Assembly (NCBI GenBank): GCA_030625085.1
Contig: DAOURK010000004.1
Location: 9,121-73,120 of the forward strand
Source of the DNA: Pseudomonadota bacterium
GTDB lineage: Bacteria; SZUA-182; DTGQ01
Length of the DNA: 64,000 bases
Direction: 5' to 3'
Part shown: positions 20,522 through 30,794 of the stretch, piece after piece
Position numbering within the stretch: position 1 is the stretch's first letter
Layout of the letters: every line of letters begins with the position of its first letter
Notes under the pieces: model-generated
The model's input: the letters and a program-made list of their open reading frames with translations, nothing else
What the model was told of the DNA's origin: nothing
Databases searched by the model: none
Position numbers and translations under genes: made by a program

Positions 20522-20752
20522 TTATTCCAACAATTCTAAGACATATCTTACCTTTTCTTTTCCGCTTGCACTAGCTAATAATGTCCGGATGGCTGATATA
20601 GTATGGCCTTTCTTTCCTATGACCTTTCCTATATCATCTTTGGCTACCCGAAGTTCAATAATCTTCGTTCTTCCACCATCCACCTCATTGATATGTACGT
20701 CATCCTGACTATCCACGATAGCTTTCACAACTTTTTCAATAATTTCTCTCAT
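20522..20752 (-). CDS. khpA: KH-domain RNA-binding protein KhpA
   Basis: MREIIEKVVKAIVD...DIGKVIGKKGHTISAIRTLL; start moved to ATG 20752 (76 aa, the usual size). Confidence 0.88.
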   Translation of the reverse strand: MREIIEKVVKAIVDSQDDVHINEVDGGRTKIIELRVAKDDIGKVIGKKGHTISAIRTLLASASGKEKVRYVLELLE

Positions 20753-20887
20753 AAAAACCTGCCCCTTTATATTGTGATCTTCCGTTCCTTTTGATTTAAA
20801 AAATTTTTTAAACATATCATGACCATTATATAACAAGTTGTTTGATATTTGTCAAGTCAAAATATTAATCTACCAAATAAATCCCCA

Positions 20888-21712
20888 TTATTTTTTACCC
20901 CTTTTGGCCACCTCCCATAGATTATCCATCTCCTGAATTGACATTTCCATTAAACTCCTTCCCTCATCTTGAGCTTTCTTTTCCATAAAATGAACCCGAG
21001 AAATAAACCGTCCAATAGTTCCGGCTAAGGCTTTTTCCGGATCAACTTTTATAAAACGAGCCATATTCACCAAAGAAAATAGTAAATCCCCCAATTCATT
21101 TTCCATCTCCTGAGCATCCTGAGCAAAAAAAGCATTTTTAAACTCTTGTATCTCCTCTCGTATTTTAGCCAGAACCTGGTCTGCATACTCCCAATCTAAC
21201 CCAACTCTAGCCGCTTTTTCTTGAATTCGATGTGCTCGCAATAATACCGGCAATTGGTAAGGTACTCCATCTAATACCGATTTCTTAGGAGTCTTGCCCT
21301 CCTCCTTTTTAATCTCTTCCCACCTGGCTAAAACCTCCCTACTGTTGGTCACTTTCTCATTGCCAAAAACATGAGGATGCCTCCGAATCAATTTGGCGCA
21401 AATATGGTCTATTACATCGGCAATAGTAAATTTTTTCTCTTCAGTGAAAATTTGAGATAAAAAAATTACCTGGTATAATACATCCCCCAATTCCTCCTTC
21501 ACCTTATCATTATTATTACCTTCTTTATCTATACCTTCTTCATCTATGGCGGCCAGAAGTTCATAGCATTCCTCTAATAGAAAAGGTTTTAATGAAAAAA
21601 TTGTTTGCTCTTTATCCCAAACACATCCATTTTCTCCTCGCAAGATAGCCGCAATTTGAACGAGACGTATTAAAGATTGGCCTGCCGTATCAAAAATTTT
21701 TTCCTTATTCAT
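20888..21712 (-). CDS. mazG: Nucleoside triphosphate pyrophosphohydrolase MazG
   Basis: GCVWDKEQT, EECYE, EELGDVL, KLIRRHPHVF, second domain ELGDLLF. Confidence 0.95.
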   Translation of the reverse strand: MNKEKIFDTAGQSLIRLVQIAAILRGENGCVWDKEQTIFSLKPFLLEECYELLAAIDEEGIDKEGNNNDKVKEELGDVLYQVIFLSQIFTEEKKFTIADVIDHICAKLIRRHPHVFGNEKVTNSREVLARWEEIKKEEGKTPKKSVLDGVPYQLPVLLRAHRIQEKAARVGLDWEYADQVLAKIREEIQEFKNAFFAQDAQEMENELGDLLFSLVNMARFIKVDPEKALAGTIGRFISRVHFMEKKAQDEGRSLMEMSIQEMDNLWEVAKRGKK

Positions 21713-21836
21713 GTTTTTTCTATGACCCTGTCCAATTACAAATGATAGACAAAACAGACTAAATTCTATATATAACCCACATTTATTTTATTTTCAAATA
21801 AACACTCATGAAAAGCTTTTTTCACCCCCGAGGATG

Positions 21837-21891
21837 AAAAATCTGACTGTTTCAGTAAAGTCTATTTCTCAAAATGTGTTTCCATGGTAAA
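21837..21891. repeat. Dispersed intergenic repeat (family E)
   Basis: AAAATCTGACTGTTTCAGTAAAGTCTATTTCTCAAAATGTGTTTCCATGGTAAA is clearly similar to 44371-44425; partial similarity to 11941-11997. Confidence 0.65.
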
Positions 21892-21913
21892 TATCTTATA
21901 ATTCACAAAGCAC

Positions 21914-23017
21914 TTATATAGGCTCTTGATATTGATAAATCTGATTTCGATAATTACGAAGGATAACATGTTCCGGTGAAAAGGAGAGACAATAATTTGG
22001 TATTAAAGGCACTTTCCCCCCTCCTCCAGGCGTATCAACAGCAAATATTGGTACTGCCAGGCCGGAAGTGTGTCCCTGGAGGTGTTCAATAATTTCAATC
22101 CCTTTAGCAACCCTCGTTCTAAAATGCTCAACCCCAATTACAGGATCACATTGAAACAAATAATAAGGTCTAACCTTAATTTTTAATAGGGCATGATTTA
22201 GCTGAAGAAGAGTTTGAACATCATCATTGATACCTTTTAAAAGAACCGTTTGATTATTTACCGGAATTCCGCTTTGAACAATCTTCTCACATGCCTCTGC
22301 AGATACTGATGTAATTTCACAATAATGGTTAAAATGTGTATTGAGCCAAACCGGGCTATATTTGGCTAACAAAGTCAGCAAATCACCGGTAATTCTCTGC
22401 GGGAGGGTAACCGGAATTCTGCTGCCGATACGAATTATTTCCACATGATCAATCCTTCTTATCGACCAGAGGATATAATCCAAATCTTCCATAGGAATCA
22501 TTAACGGTTCACCTCCGGAAAGAATTACCTCACGAAGGTGTAAATTCTTACCAATATAATGAATCATTTGGTCAATTCTTTCTCTGGTGATATTATGCTC
22601 TTCTTGCGGCCACTTTCTTTTCCGATTACAATGCCGGCAATAGGAAGGGCAAAAATTAGTCAACACCATCAAAACCCTGTCCGGATAACGATGGGTCAAT
22701 CCCGGAACAGGAGAATCTCCTTCTTCATTGAGAGGGTCCCAACTGCCTTTACCCCAACCTTCCAATTCCTTTTCAGAAGGCATAATCTGCCTAAATACCG
22801 GGTCATGCTCTCTGTCTTGGAAATTGATCAAAGAAAAATAATAGGGGGTAACTCCAAAACGAAAAACCGAAATCACCTTCTCCAAATTGGATACCTGTTG
22901 AGCAGATAAGGGAATAAATTTTTGTAATTCTTGCAAAGTGTGAATACGATTGGCGATTTGCCACTTCCAATCATTCCAGTCCTTATCTAATATATGCTCC
23001 CATAATTTTCTGGGCAC
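21914..23017 (-). CDS. kamA: KamA-family radical SAM enzyme (lysine 2,3-aminomutase-like)
   Basis: DWNDWKWQ, HRYPDRVL, CPSYCRHC, NQTVLLKGIND, PYYLFQCD, GGGGKVP. Start reassigned to GTG 23017 behind an AAGGGGG RBS. Confidence 0.88.
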   Translation of the reverse strand: MPRKLWEHILDKDWNDWKWQIANRIHTLQELQKFIPLSAQQVSNLEKVISVFRFGVTPYYFSLINFQDREHDPVFRQIMPSEKELEGWGKGSWDPLNEEGDSPVPGLTHRYPDRVLMVLTNFCPSYCRHCNRKRKWPQEEHNITRERIDQMIHYIGKNLHLREVILSGGEPLMIPMEDLDYILWSIRRIDHVEIIRIGSRIPVTLPQRITGDLLTLLAKYSPVWLNTHFNHYCEITSVSAEACEKIVQSGIPVNNQTVLLKGINDDVQTLLQLNHALLKIKVRPYYLFQCDPVIGVEHFRTRVAKGIEIIEHLQGHTSGLAVPIFAVDTPGGGGKVPLIPNYCLSFSPEHVILRNYRNQIYQYQEPI

Positions 23018-23076
23018 GCCAATCCCCCTTACATATCTCGAAAAAATTCCACTAGGTTCAATTTTATCTAGAGAAT

Positions 23077-23177
23077 GATGCATTCGTAAAAAGTCGTTTT
23101 TTGAAAATTTGGGTTGCATAGATTAAACAAGTTATGTTGTACATTTATCCTCATTTTGGACTTTATACGAAACCATC
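23077..23177 (+). mobile_element. 101-bp MITE, subfamily B
   Basis: TIR GATGCATTCGTAAAAAGTC...GACTTTATACGAAACCATC; perfect 7-bp flanking duplication AGAGAAT (23070-23076, 23178-23184). Confidence 0.85.
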
Positions 23178-23359
23178 AGAGAATAGTATCATAAATAAGA
23201 GCATGATAAAATAGTAAGAAAAAAAGCCGCCTTTCCTGAATGGCTTACTTAAGGGTTCTCTCAAAATTAATAGCTTCCATTTTTAATACCTTACTAAGAC
23301 ACACCCATTACTTTTTACTTGACACAAAGATCAAATCTTGTTATTTTTTAAGGGATTTA

Positions 23360-23386
23360 TTAGCACTCTACTTTATTGAGTGCTAA
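23360..23386 (+). promoter_or_regulatory. CIRCE element (HrcA operator)
   Basis: TTAGCACTC-N9-GAGTGCTAA perfect consensus directly upstream of hrcA; TTGACA at 23319. Confidence 0.97.
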
Positions 23387-23395
23387 GTAAAAAGG

Positions 23396-24430
23396 ATGAA
23401 TAGTATGGAATTGGGACTTACCAAAAGAGAAAAGTTTATTCTCAGTATAATTATTGAATACTATACCCTGCATGCAGAGCCTATTGGTTCGAGGACTCTT
23501 TCCAAAAGGCTCAACACCTCACTTTCACCGGCAACCCTTCGAAATATTATGGCCGACTTAGAGGAAAAGGGACTCCTTAAACATCCACATACCTCAGCAG
23601 GCCGCATTCCTACAGATATTGGCTATAGATATCATGTAGATAATTTGTTGAAAAGATATAGCCGAAAAAAAATAAAAAAATTCGGCCTTGAGTCATTATC
23701 AAAAATCCAAGAGGGTGAAGGATTAATGGAGGAGGTTTCAAGGCGCTTATCCTTTCTCTCCAAATATGTCGGCCTTATTATAGCCCCTAAGATTACGGAC
23801 CTGCGAATGAAACATATGGATTTTATTGTGTTAAGTTCAAATAAAATCTTGGTGGTCTTTATTTCAAAAACCGGCTGGGTATATAACAAAATAATAGAAG
23901 TAAAGGAATCATATTTACAAGAAAAATTAAATACTATAACCCGCTATATCAATACAGAATGTGTAAATCTTACTCTAAAGCAGATCCATAAAAAACTTAT
24001 CGAGCGGGTGAGCGAAGGCAAAAATTTATACAAAATTTTGTCTGAAAATATTAGTATTATCAATGATGAAATCTATAAAAAGCATACAGAGGATTTATAT
24101 TTACAAGGCCATGCTAATATTTTAAAACATCCTGAGTTTGCAGATTTGGAAAAAATGAAAACACTTTTTCAAACCTTAGAAGAAAAAATCAAGCTGGTCC
24201 AATTGTTAAACAAATGCATCTATCAAGACGGAGTGAAAGTTACCATTGGCACTGAAAACGAGGACCCCGCCATCCAAAATTGCAGTGTAGTAATGTCCAG
24301 CTATTGCATGGGGGATCGTATTAAGGGGGCATTAGGCATTATAGGCCCAACCCGTATGAGGTACCCGGAAATAATTACTCTGGTAGATAATGTAGCTGCC
24401 TTTATCGAAATACTTTTTGCTAAAGAATAA
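23396..24430 (+). CDS. hrcA: Heat-inducible transcription repressor HrcA
   Basis: PIGSRTL, SPATLRNIMADLEEKG, HTSAGRIPTDIGYR, GIIGPTRMRY. Confidence 0.96.
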   Translation: MNSMELGLTKREKFILSIIIEYYTLHAEPIGSRTLSKRLNTSLSPATLRNIMADLEEKGLLKHPHTSAGRIPTDIGYRYHVDNLLKRYSRKKIKKFGLESLSKIQEGEGLMEEVSRRLSFLSKYVGLIIAPKITDLRMKHMDFIVLSSNKILVVFISKTGWVYNKIIEVKESYLQEKLNTITRYINTECVNLTLKQIHKKLIERVSEGKNLYKILSENISIINDEIYKKHTEDLYLQGHANILKHPEFADLEKMKTLFQTLEEKIKLVQLLNKCIYQDGVKVTIGTENEDPAIQNCSVVMSSYCMGDRIKGALGIIGPTRMRYPEIITLVDNVAAFIEILFAKE

Positions 24431-25102
24431 ATGCAGGAAAAACGAGAGGGATCATTTTTGGCTAAAGACAAAAAAATAAAAATAGATTTGCCTGAAGAAG
24501 AAATTAATAGTTCATCCAAAAAAGAAACAAGATCCGCTAGTACCCAGGCAAAAAATTCACCTGAAAAAGATACAAAAATTACCCACCTCCAAAAAGAGCT
24601 AAAAGCTAGGGACGAGCAGATAGAACATCTGAAAAATGACTACCGAAATGAAAAAGGAAAAAACCAAGAAATCTCAGATAAATACTTACGATTGCAAGCT
24701 GAATTTGAAAATTTTAGAAAACGAATGGAAAGAGAAAAAGCTGATTTCTTAAAGTATTCAATGGAAAATTTTTTTAAGGAGCTTTTACCGGTAATTGATA
24801 ACTTTGAACTAGCCCTTGAATCTGCCAAAAAAGCCTCTGATTTAGAAGGCTTTTCCGAGGGAGTAAAATTAATCCATAAGCAATTGCAAGATATTCTCCA
24901 GAAAAAGGGGTTAGCCCATTTCTCTTCTGTTGGTGAAACATTTGACCCGATGAAACATCAGGCTGTTATGCAGGTAGAATCTGATACCCACAGCGAAAAC
25001 ACGGTAGTAGATGAGCTCAAAAAAGGATATCTTCTCAACGACCGGCTTCTGAGACCTGCTCTGGTGTCTGTAGCCAAAAAAAAATCCAATGAGCAAAAAT
25101 AA
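24431..25102 (+). CDS. grpE: Nucleotide exchange factor GrpE
   Basis: RLQAEFENFRKR, LLPVIDNFE, FDPMKHQAV, KGYLLNDRLLRPA. Confidence 0.95.
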   Translation: MQEKREGSFLAKDKKIKIDLPEEEINSSSKKETRSASTQAKNSPEKDTKITHLQKELKARDEQIEHLKNDYRNEKGKNQEISDKYLRLQAEFENFRKRMEREKADFLKYSMENFFKELLPVIDNFELALESAKKASDLEGFSEGVKLIHKQLQDILQKKGLAHFSSVGETFDPMKHQAVMQVESDTHSENTVVDELKKGYLLNDRLLRPALVSVAKKKSNEQK

Positions 25103-25124
25103 AAATCCAATAGGTCCATTTTTC

Positions 25125-25256
25125 AAGAATTCTGCAAAATAACCCTGAACTGTCATTTAAGAAGATTTAGCGACAAAAAATATTATTAAAAACAAACTGT
25201 TAAAGATTTTTCGCTCCCCCTTAAAATGACAAAATACCTTATTTTGCAAAATCCTT
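25125..25256. repeat. About 132-bp nested palindromic element related to family A
   Basis: Outer IR AAGAATTCTGCAAAATAA / TTATTTTGCAAAATCCTT, inner IR TGTCATTT...AAATGACA, AGATTTTTCGCT motif as in 8125-8255. Confidence 0.6.
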
Positions 25257-25284
25257 CCCTATTTTTCAATAAAGGAGGCATTGA

Positions 25285-27252
25285 ATGGGAAAAGTAATTG
25301 GAATTGATCTGGGGACAACAAATTCATGTGTAGCCATTATGGAGGGGGGATCGGCAAAAATTATTGAAAATAATGAAGGTAATCGTACAACCCCTTCAAT
25401 GGTGGCTTTTACTGATCAGGCAGAAAGATTGGTCGGCCAAATTGCCAAACGTCAGGCCATTACCAATCCGGAAAATACTATCTTTTCTGTAAAAAGGTTG
25501 ATTGGAAGAAAATTTAATGCCCCTCAAGTTACCAAATCTCAAGAAACGTCACCTTATAAGATAATTGAAGCCTCAAACGGGGATTGCTCTATAGATGTAA
25601 AGGGAAAACAATACACACCACCGGAGATTTCAGCTATTGTCTTACAAAAGATGAAGGAAACTGCTGAGAGCTACCTGGGTGAAAAAGTGACCGAAGCCGT
25701 TATTACCGTGCCGGCCTATTTCAATGACAGTCAAAGACAGGCCACCAGAGACGCTGGAAGAATTGCCGGACTTAATGTCCTTCGCATCATCAATGAGCCG
25801 ACAGCCGCTTCCCTGGCCTACGGTCTTGAAAAGAAAAAAGATGAAAAAATTGCCGTCTACGATTTAGGAGGAGGGACCTTTGATATTTGCATCTTAGAAA
25901 TTGGAGATGGCGTATTCGAGGTTAAATCCACTAATGGAGATACCTTTCTTGGCGGCGATGATTTCGACCAAAAAATAATAGCTTACTTAGCTGATACCTT
26001 TAAAAAAGAACAAGGTATTGATCTGCGGAATGACAAAATGGCCCTCCAACGTTTAAAAGAAGGGGCTGAAAAAGCCAAATGCGAATTATCCTCCTCTATT
26101 CAAACACAAATTAATCTCCCTTTTATAACAGCAGATGCCAGTGGCCCCAAACATCTTAATATTACCCTGACTAGGGCTCAATTGGAGCAATTGGTGCAAG
26201 ATCTGATTGATCGAACCATTGAACCATGCCAAATAGCCTTAAAGGATGCCGGATTTAATGCCGGTGATATTAATGAGGTAATTTTAGTCGGAGGACAAAC
26301 CCGGATGCCATTAGTCCAGGAAAGGGTGAAAATTTTTTTTGGTAAAGACCCCCACAAGGGAGTGAATCCGGATGAAGTGGTGGCTATCGGTGCGGCCATT
26401 CAAGGAGCTGTCCTTAAGGGAGAAGTGAAAGATGTTTTACTCCTTGACGTTACTCCGCTTTCACTGGGCATCGAAACCTTAGGTGGAATCTTTACCAAAC
26501 TTATAGAAAAAAATACCACTATTCCAACCCGCAAAAGTCAAACCTTCTCTACCGCTGCTGACAATCAAACCGCAGTAGGTATACATGTTTTGCAGGGAGA
26601 ACGTGAAATGTCCGGCGACAACAAAAGTCTGGGCCAATTCGACTTAGTGGGTATACCACTTGCCCCTCGTGGAGTACCTCAAATTGAGGTCACCTTTGAC
26701 ATCGACGCTAATGGAATTGTAAATGTATCAGCCAAGGACTTGGGGACCGGCAAAGAACAGGCTATTAAGATCAACGCTTCAAGCGGCCTTTTAGAGGAAG
26801 AAATTCAAAAAATGATCAAAGAGGCTGAGCTGCACGCTGAAGAGGACAAAAATAAAAAGGAATTAGCCGAATTACATAACAAGGCTGATTCTCTCTTATT
26901 CCAAACTGAAAAATCAATGTCGGAATTCGCAGATAAATTATCTGAAACCGATCGGAAGTCAATTCAAGATGCTCTGGACGTATTGAAAAAGGTTAAAGAT
27001 AGTTCTGATTCGCAAACCATAAAAACGGCCATTGAGGAATTAACCAAAGCATCCCATGCTTTGGCACAGCAAATGTATGCACAGGCTGCCCAAAAGCAGC
27101 CACAGCAAGGAGAGAAAAACTCATCCCCCTCAGAAGAGCAGACATCAGCATCAGGCGAGCAGACAGACAGCAGTCAATCAAAAGAGCAAAAAGATAAAAA
27201 AGATGAAAAGGTTGTTGACGCTGATTCTGAGGTAATCAACGATAATAAATAA
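25285..27252 (+). CDS. dnaK: Chaperone DnaK
   Basis: [42 protein letters not shown]. Confidence 0.98.
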   Translation: MGKVIGIDLGTTNSCVAIMEGGSAKIIENNEGNRTTPSMVAFTDQAERLVGQIAKRQAITNPENTIFSVKRLIGRKFNAPQVTKSQETSPYKIIEASNGDCSIDVKGKQYTPPEISAIVLQKMKETAESYLGEKVTEAVITVPAYFNDSQRQATRDAGRIAGLNVLRIINEPTAASLAYGLEKKKDEKIAVYDLGGGTFDICILEIGDGVFEVKSTNGDTFLGGDDFDQKIIAYLADTFKKEQGIDLRNDKMALQRLKEGAEKAKCELSSSIQTQINLPFITADASGPKHLNITLTRAQLEQLVQDLIDRTIEPCQIALKDAGFNAGDINEVILVGGQTRMPLVQERVKIFFGKDPHKGVNPDEVVAIGAAIQGAVLKGEVKDVLLLDVTPLSLGIETLGGIFTKLIEKNTTIPTRKSQTFSTAADNQTAVGIHVLQGEREMSGDNKSLGQFDLVGIPLAPRGVPQIEVTFDIDANGIVNVSAKDLGTGKEQAIKINASSGLLEEEIQKMIKEAELHAEEDKNKKELAELHNKADSLLFQTEKSMSEFADKLSETDRKSIQDALDVLKKVKDSSDSQTIKTAIEELTKASHALAQQMYAQAAQKQPQQGEKNSSPSEEQTSASGEQTDSSQSKEQKDKKDEKVVDADSEVINDNK

Positions 27253-27255
27253 AAA

Positions 27256-27993
27256 ATGCCGAAATTTTTTATTCATTCAAATAATTTTACCGGCGATCAA
27301 ACCATCATCACCGGAAGCGACGTTCATCATATTATTCATGTACTTCGTAAAAAGGTGGGTGATAAACTCATCATTACTCTTGAAGACAAAAAAAATTTTT
27401 GCGCCCAAATTGAAAATATTACCCCCTTAAAAATAGATCTTCACATCCTTGAACAAATTCCCTCCTCTTTTCAAAATAAACATACCCTCATTTTAGCCCA
27501 AGGGATACCCAAACACGCTAAAATGGATCTGATTATTCAAAAAGCTACCGAACTTGGCGTGGAGGAAATTATCCCGCTTATGAGCAGCCACAGTTTTAAT
27601 TCAAAGGGAATGATTTCTCAAACACGATGGACGCGATGGCAAAAAATTGCCAGTGAAGCAGCTAAACAATGCGGGAGAAATACCCTTCCCATGCTTCATC
27701 ATCCCACTGAATTTTCAACTCTACTGCAAAATTTAAAAGAAGAAACGAGTTTACTTCGCTTACTTCTCTGGGAAAAGGAACATCAGAACCGGTTAAAGAA
27801 TGTCCTTGATAAGCATAAAAAAATAAAAAAAATTATCGTCTTAATTGGACCTGAAGGAAGTTTCTCGGCAGATGAGATTCAATCGGCCAAAGAAGCTCAA
27901 TTCATTCCTGTGTGCTGTGCTCCCTGGATTCTTCGATGTGAAACAGCCGCCATTTATGCCCTCAGCACTATCCAGTATGAATTCAATTTTTAA
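27256..27993 (+). CDS. rsmE: 16S rRNA m3U1498 methyltransferase RsmE
   Basis: HHIIHVLR, QKATELGV, EAAKQCGR, IGPEGSF, ILRCETAA. Confidence 0.93.
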   Translation: MPKFFIHSNNFTGDQTIITGSDVHHIIHVLRKKVGDKLIITLEDKKNFCAQIENITPLKIDLHILEQIPSSFQNKHTLILAQGIPKHAKMDLIIQKATELGVEEIIPLMSSHSFNSKGMISQTRWTRWQKIASEAAKQCGRNTLPMLHHPTEFSTLLQNLKEETSLLRLLLWEKEHQNRLKNVLDKHKKIKKIIVLIGPEGSFSADEIQSAKEAQFIPVCCAPWILRCETAAIYALSTIQYEFNF

Positions 27994-28008
27994 ATAAATA
28001 AGTGTATT

Positions 28009-28109
28009 GATAGTCTCGTAAAAAGTCCAGAATAAGGATATATGTACAACATAACTTCTTGAATTTATGCAACCCAAATTTTCTAAAAACTACTTTTTAC
28101 GAATGCATC
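28009..28109 (-). mobile_element. 101-bp MITE, subfamily B
   Basis: Reverse complement of the 23077/48325 copies; flanks TGTATT / AGTATT. Confidence 0.85.
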
Positions 28110-28255
28110 AGTATTGCTGAAAAAAAATGTAATTGTGGAAAATTATAGAATTAGTCGGCAAATAATCGCTTCGCTCAAACAGCGGCCCATCTTCCTTTAG
28201 CAAAAATTTCATCAACTTTACTACGGATAGAGGTTAAAATAAAAATCGCTGACTA

Positions 28256-29104
28256 CTAAGAGGACATCGTTTCAAGTCTGGCTATTCGCTCTTCAAGGGG
28301 AGGATGTGTACTGAACAAAGACTGAATGCCGCCACCGCGTAAGGGATTAATAATAAACATGTGAGCGGTAGCAGGGCTGGCTTTCATAGGAGTAACCCGA
28401 GCGCCTTGCTGAAGTTTTCTCAAAGCGCCAGCCAACCAAAGGGGATGTCCGCTTATTTTCGCTCCATCCTTATCAGCCATATACTCACGGGATCGGGATA
28501 TAGCCATCTGAATCAGCATGGCTGCAATTGGCGCTAAAATCATCATTACCAGATAAGGTATAATACTCCCCTCACCACCTCGGCGACTATCACCGCCAAA
28601 TCCTCCGAAAAGGGCCCCCCACCGTGCCATAGAAGCCAGCATAGTAATAGCCCCCGCCATGACTGCGGCAATAGTGCTAATCAAAATATCCCGATGTTTC
28701 ACATGGGCCAATTCATGAGATAGCACTCCGGCCAATTCATTCCGATCTAAGATTTGCAAAATCCCTGAAGTCACGGCAACCGCAGCATGTTTGGGACTTC
28801 TCCCCGTCGCAAAGGCATTGGGAGAGCCTTGGGGAATAATATAAACTTTGGGCATTGGTAAACCAGATGCTCTGCTCAACGACTCTACGATATCATAAAG
28901 CTCCGGAGCCTGTGCTCTGCTCACCTCCTGAGCCCGGTACATTTTCAAGACCATTTTATCACTAAACCAATAGGCGCCGACATTCATTACCAGAGCAAAA
29001 ACAAAAGCTATATACAGTCCTTGCCGCCCCCCCAGGATATTCCCTACAAGAACCAAGAGCACAGTTAGCAAAACCATAAAAAATCCTGTTTTTACAGAAT
29101 TCAT
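28256..29104 (-). CDS. htpX: Zinc metalloprotease HtpX
   Basis: PNAFATGR, HELAH, SRSREYMAD, FSTHPPLEERI. Confidence 0.95.
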   Translation of the reverse strand: MNSVKTGFFMVLLTVLLVLVGNILGGRQGLYIAFVFALVMNVGAYWFSDKMVLKMYRAQEVSRAQAPELYDIVESLSRASGLPMPKVYIIPQGSPNAFATGRSPKHAAVAVTSGILQILDRNELAGVLSHELAHVKHRDILISTIAAVMAGAITMLASMARWGALFGGFGGDSRRGGEGSIIPYLVMMILAPIAAMLIQMAISRSREYMADKDGAKISGHPLWLAGALRKLQQGARVTPMKASPATAHMFIINPLRGGGIQSLFSTHPPLEERIARLETMSS

Positions 29105-29229
29105 GAATCCTTATCCTCCCTCTTTTCTTTCGTAATTTAGTAGAAAAAATATTACCTTAATCAAAAAAAATTTGCTCTCTTCAGTTTAATCCTCATAAAA
29201 ATTATGAATTAATTTATATAATTTATTCA

Positions 29230-30186
29230 TTAATCTTTGGGTGGGGAAGACCAACATCTCCCCTCCAATTTTTTACCTCGAAATCCTTGCGCGTATTCCC
29301 AGGCATTCATAATGCGTTTATTTTCCGGTTGCAACAAGGTGATCCCCAATAATGTATTTTCACCGGCTGTTATCAGCAACCCATCGGTCCGACTTACCCC
29401 TACAATTTCTCCTAACCTTTCACCCCTGCAATGGTCAATGGTTTGAGCCTGCAATATTTTTATCCTACGCCCATCTAAATAAGAAAAGGCCCCAGGCCAA
29501 GGGCTGAAGCCTCTAACGACTCGACAAATTCGCTCAGCCCTCTGGTTCCAATGGATTAACCCGTCTCCTTTTTTTAATAATCTGGTATAAGTGGCCAATT
29601 CCTCATTCTGCTTAATTCTGACAACTTTCCCCGTTTCATAAAGAGTCAGGGTTTCCAGCAAAACCTCTGTTCCTAATTGAGCCATCCTTTCAGATAAGCT
29701 GCCAGATGTATCCTCTGGTAAAATAGGGATCTCTCTTTGTATTAAAATAGCTCCGGTATCCATTCCCTCATCCATTTGCATGGTGGTAACCCCCGTTTTT
29801 TGTTCACCCTCGATAATGGCCCAGTTAATTGGGGATGCCCCCCGATATTTAGGTAATAAAGAACCATGGACATTAAGGCATCCGTGGACTGGTATGGCTA
29901 AAAGGTTTTTGGTAAGTATTTGCCCATAAGCCACCACTACCATAATATCCGGCTTTATTTCCCGAATAAATTCCATGCTCTGGGGGTTAGAAACTTTTGG
30001 AGGTTGTTCTATCGGCAATCCTGCTTCAAGAGCTAGTGTTTTAAGGGATAAAGGATGTATTTGCCGCCCTCGCCCCTTGGGCCTGTCCGGTTGCGTAATA
30101 ACACCTTTGATCTGATGATGGCTGTTTATAAGCGCTTTCAATGATGGATAGGCAAAATCAGAGGACCCTAAAAACACCAGGCGCAT
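29230..30186 (-). CDS. fmt: Methionyl-tRNA formyltransferase
   Basis: TQPDRPKGRG, VVAYGQIL, NVHGSLLPKYRGASP, MDEGMDTG. Confidence 0.96.
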   Translation of the reverse strand: MRLVFLGSSDFAYPSLKALINSHHQIKGVITQPDRPKGRGRQIHPLSLKTLALEAGLPIEQPPKVSNPQSMEFIREIKPDIMVVVAYGQILTKNLLAIPVHGCLNVHGSLLPKYRGASPINWAIIEGEQKTGVTTMQMDEGMDTGAILIQREIPILPEDTSGSLSERMAQLGTEVLLETLTLYETGKVVRIKQNEELATYTRLLKKGDGLIHWNQRAERICRVVRGFSPWPGAFSYLDGRRIKILQAQTIDHCRGERLGEIVGVSRTDGLLITAGENTLLGITLLQPENKRIMNAWEYAQGFRGKKLEGRCWSSPPKD

Positions 30187-30201
30187 AAATAATTCTCTCC
30201 C

Positions 30202-30714
30202 TCAACCCCTAGCCGTTAATTTTGCTTTTTTGCGCAATTTAGTCTTTATTAACTCTCGTCTGATCGCACTGAGGTGATCAATAAATAAAATTCCATTCAG
30301 ATGATCCACCTCATGCTGGATAGCACGAGCTAAGAGATCTTCGCCTGTAATTTCATGTTCTTTGCCGGCCAAATCTAAATAAGACACCCTGACCACCTCT
30401 GATCGTTTTACCTCACCATATACCTCGGGCAAACTTAAACACCCCTCTTCACCGACCATTTGTCCTTCCGCCCATAATATATGCGGATTGATAAACACCC
30501 TTAAATTTCGCTGGTCAGGATCTCTAGCTGTATCGATAATGACCACCCTCTTTAAAATCCCGACCTGTGGCGCAGCCAAACCAACTCCCGGCGCTGCATA
30601 CATTGTATCGGCCATATCGGAAACCAACTTTTTGATAGAAGTATCAGTAACCTGAACCGGAGCACACTTTTCTCGCAATAGAGAAGCCGGATATTTGATA
30701 ATATCTAAAATCAC
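30202..30714 (-). CDS. def: Peptide deformylase
   Basis: GVGLAAPQVG, EGCLS, QHEVDHLNG. Confidence 0.96.
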   Translation of the reverse strand: MILDIIKYPASLLREKCAPVQVTDTSIKKLVSDMADTMYAAPGVGLAAPQVGILKRVVIIDTARDPDQRNLRVFINPHILWAEGQMVGEEGCLSLPEVYGEVKRSEVVRVSYLDLAGKEHEITGEDLLARAIQHEVDHLNGILFIDHLSAIRRELIKTKLRKKAKLTARG

Positions 30715-30794
30715 TCTACTACCTCACTCTTTTAAAAAAACAAAATTATTCCTTACATTAATATATTAGGTGACTATATAATCTTTGTCAACAG

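Noticed and set aside
20842-20855. FNR-like box TTGATATTTGTCAA upstream of khpA
   Set aside because: One mismatch in AT-rich DNA, and it is equally explained as a minus-strand TTGACA -35 element.
23018-23119. 34-aa N-terminal extension of KamA apparently donated by the MITE
   Set aside because: Both upstream ATGs lie inside the MITE and have no RBS. GTG 23017 has an AAGGGGG RBS and gives a typical KamA N-terminus.
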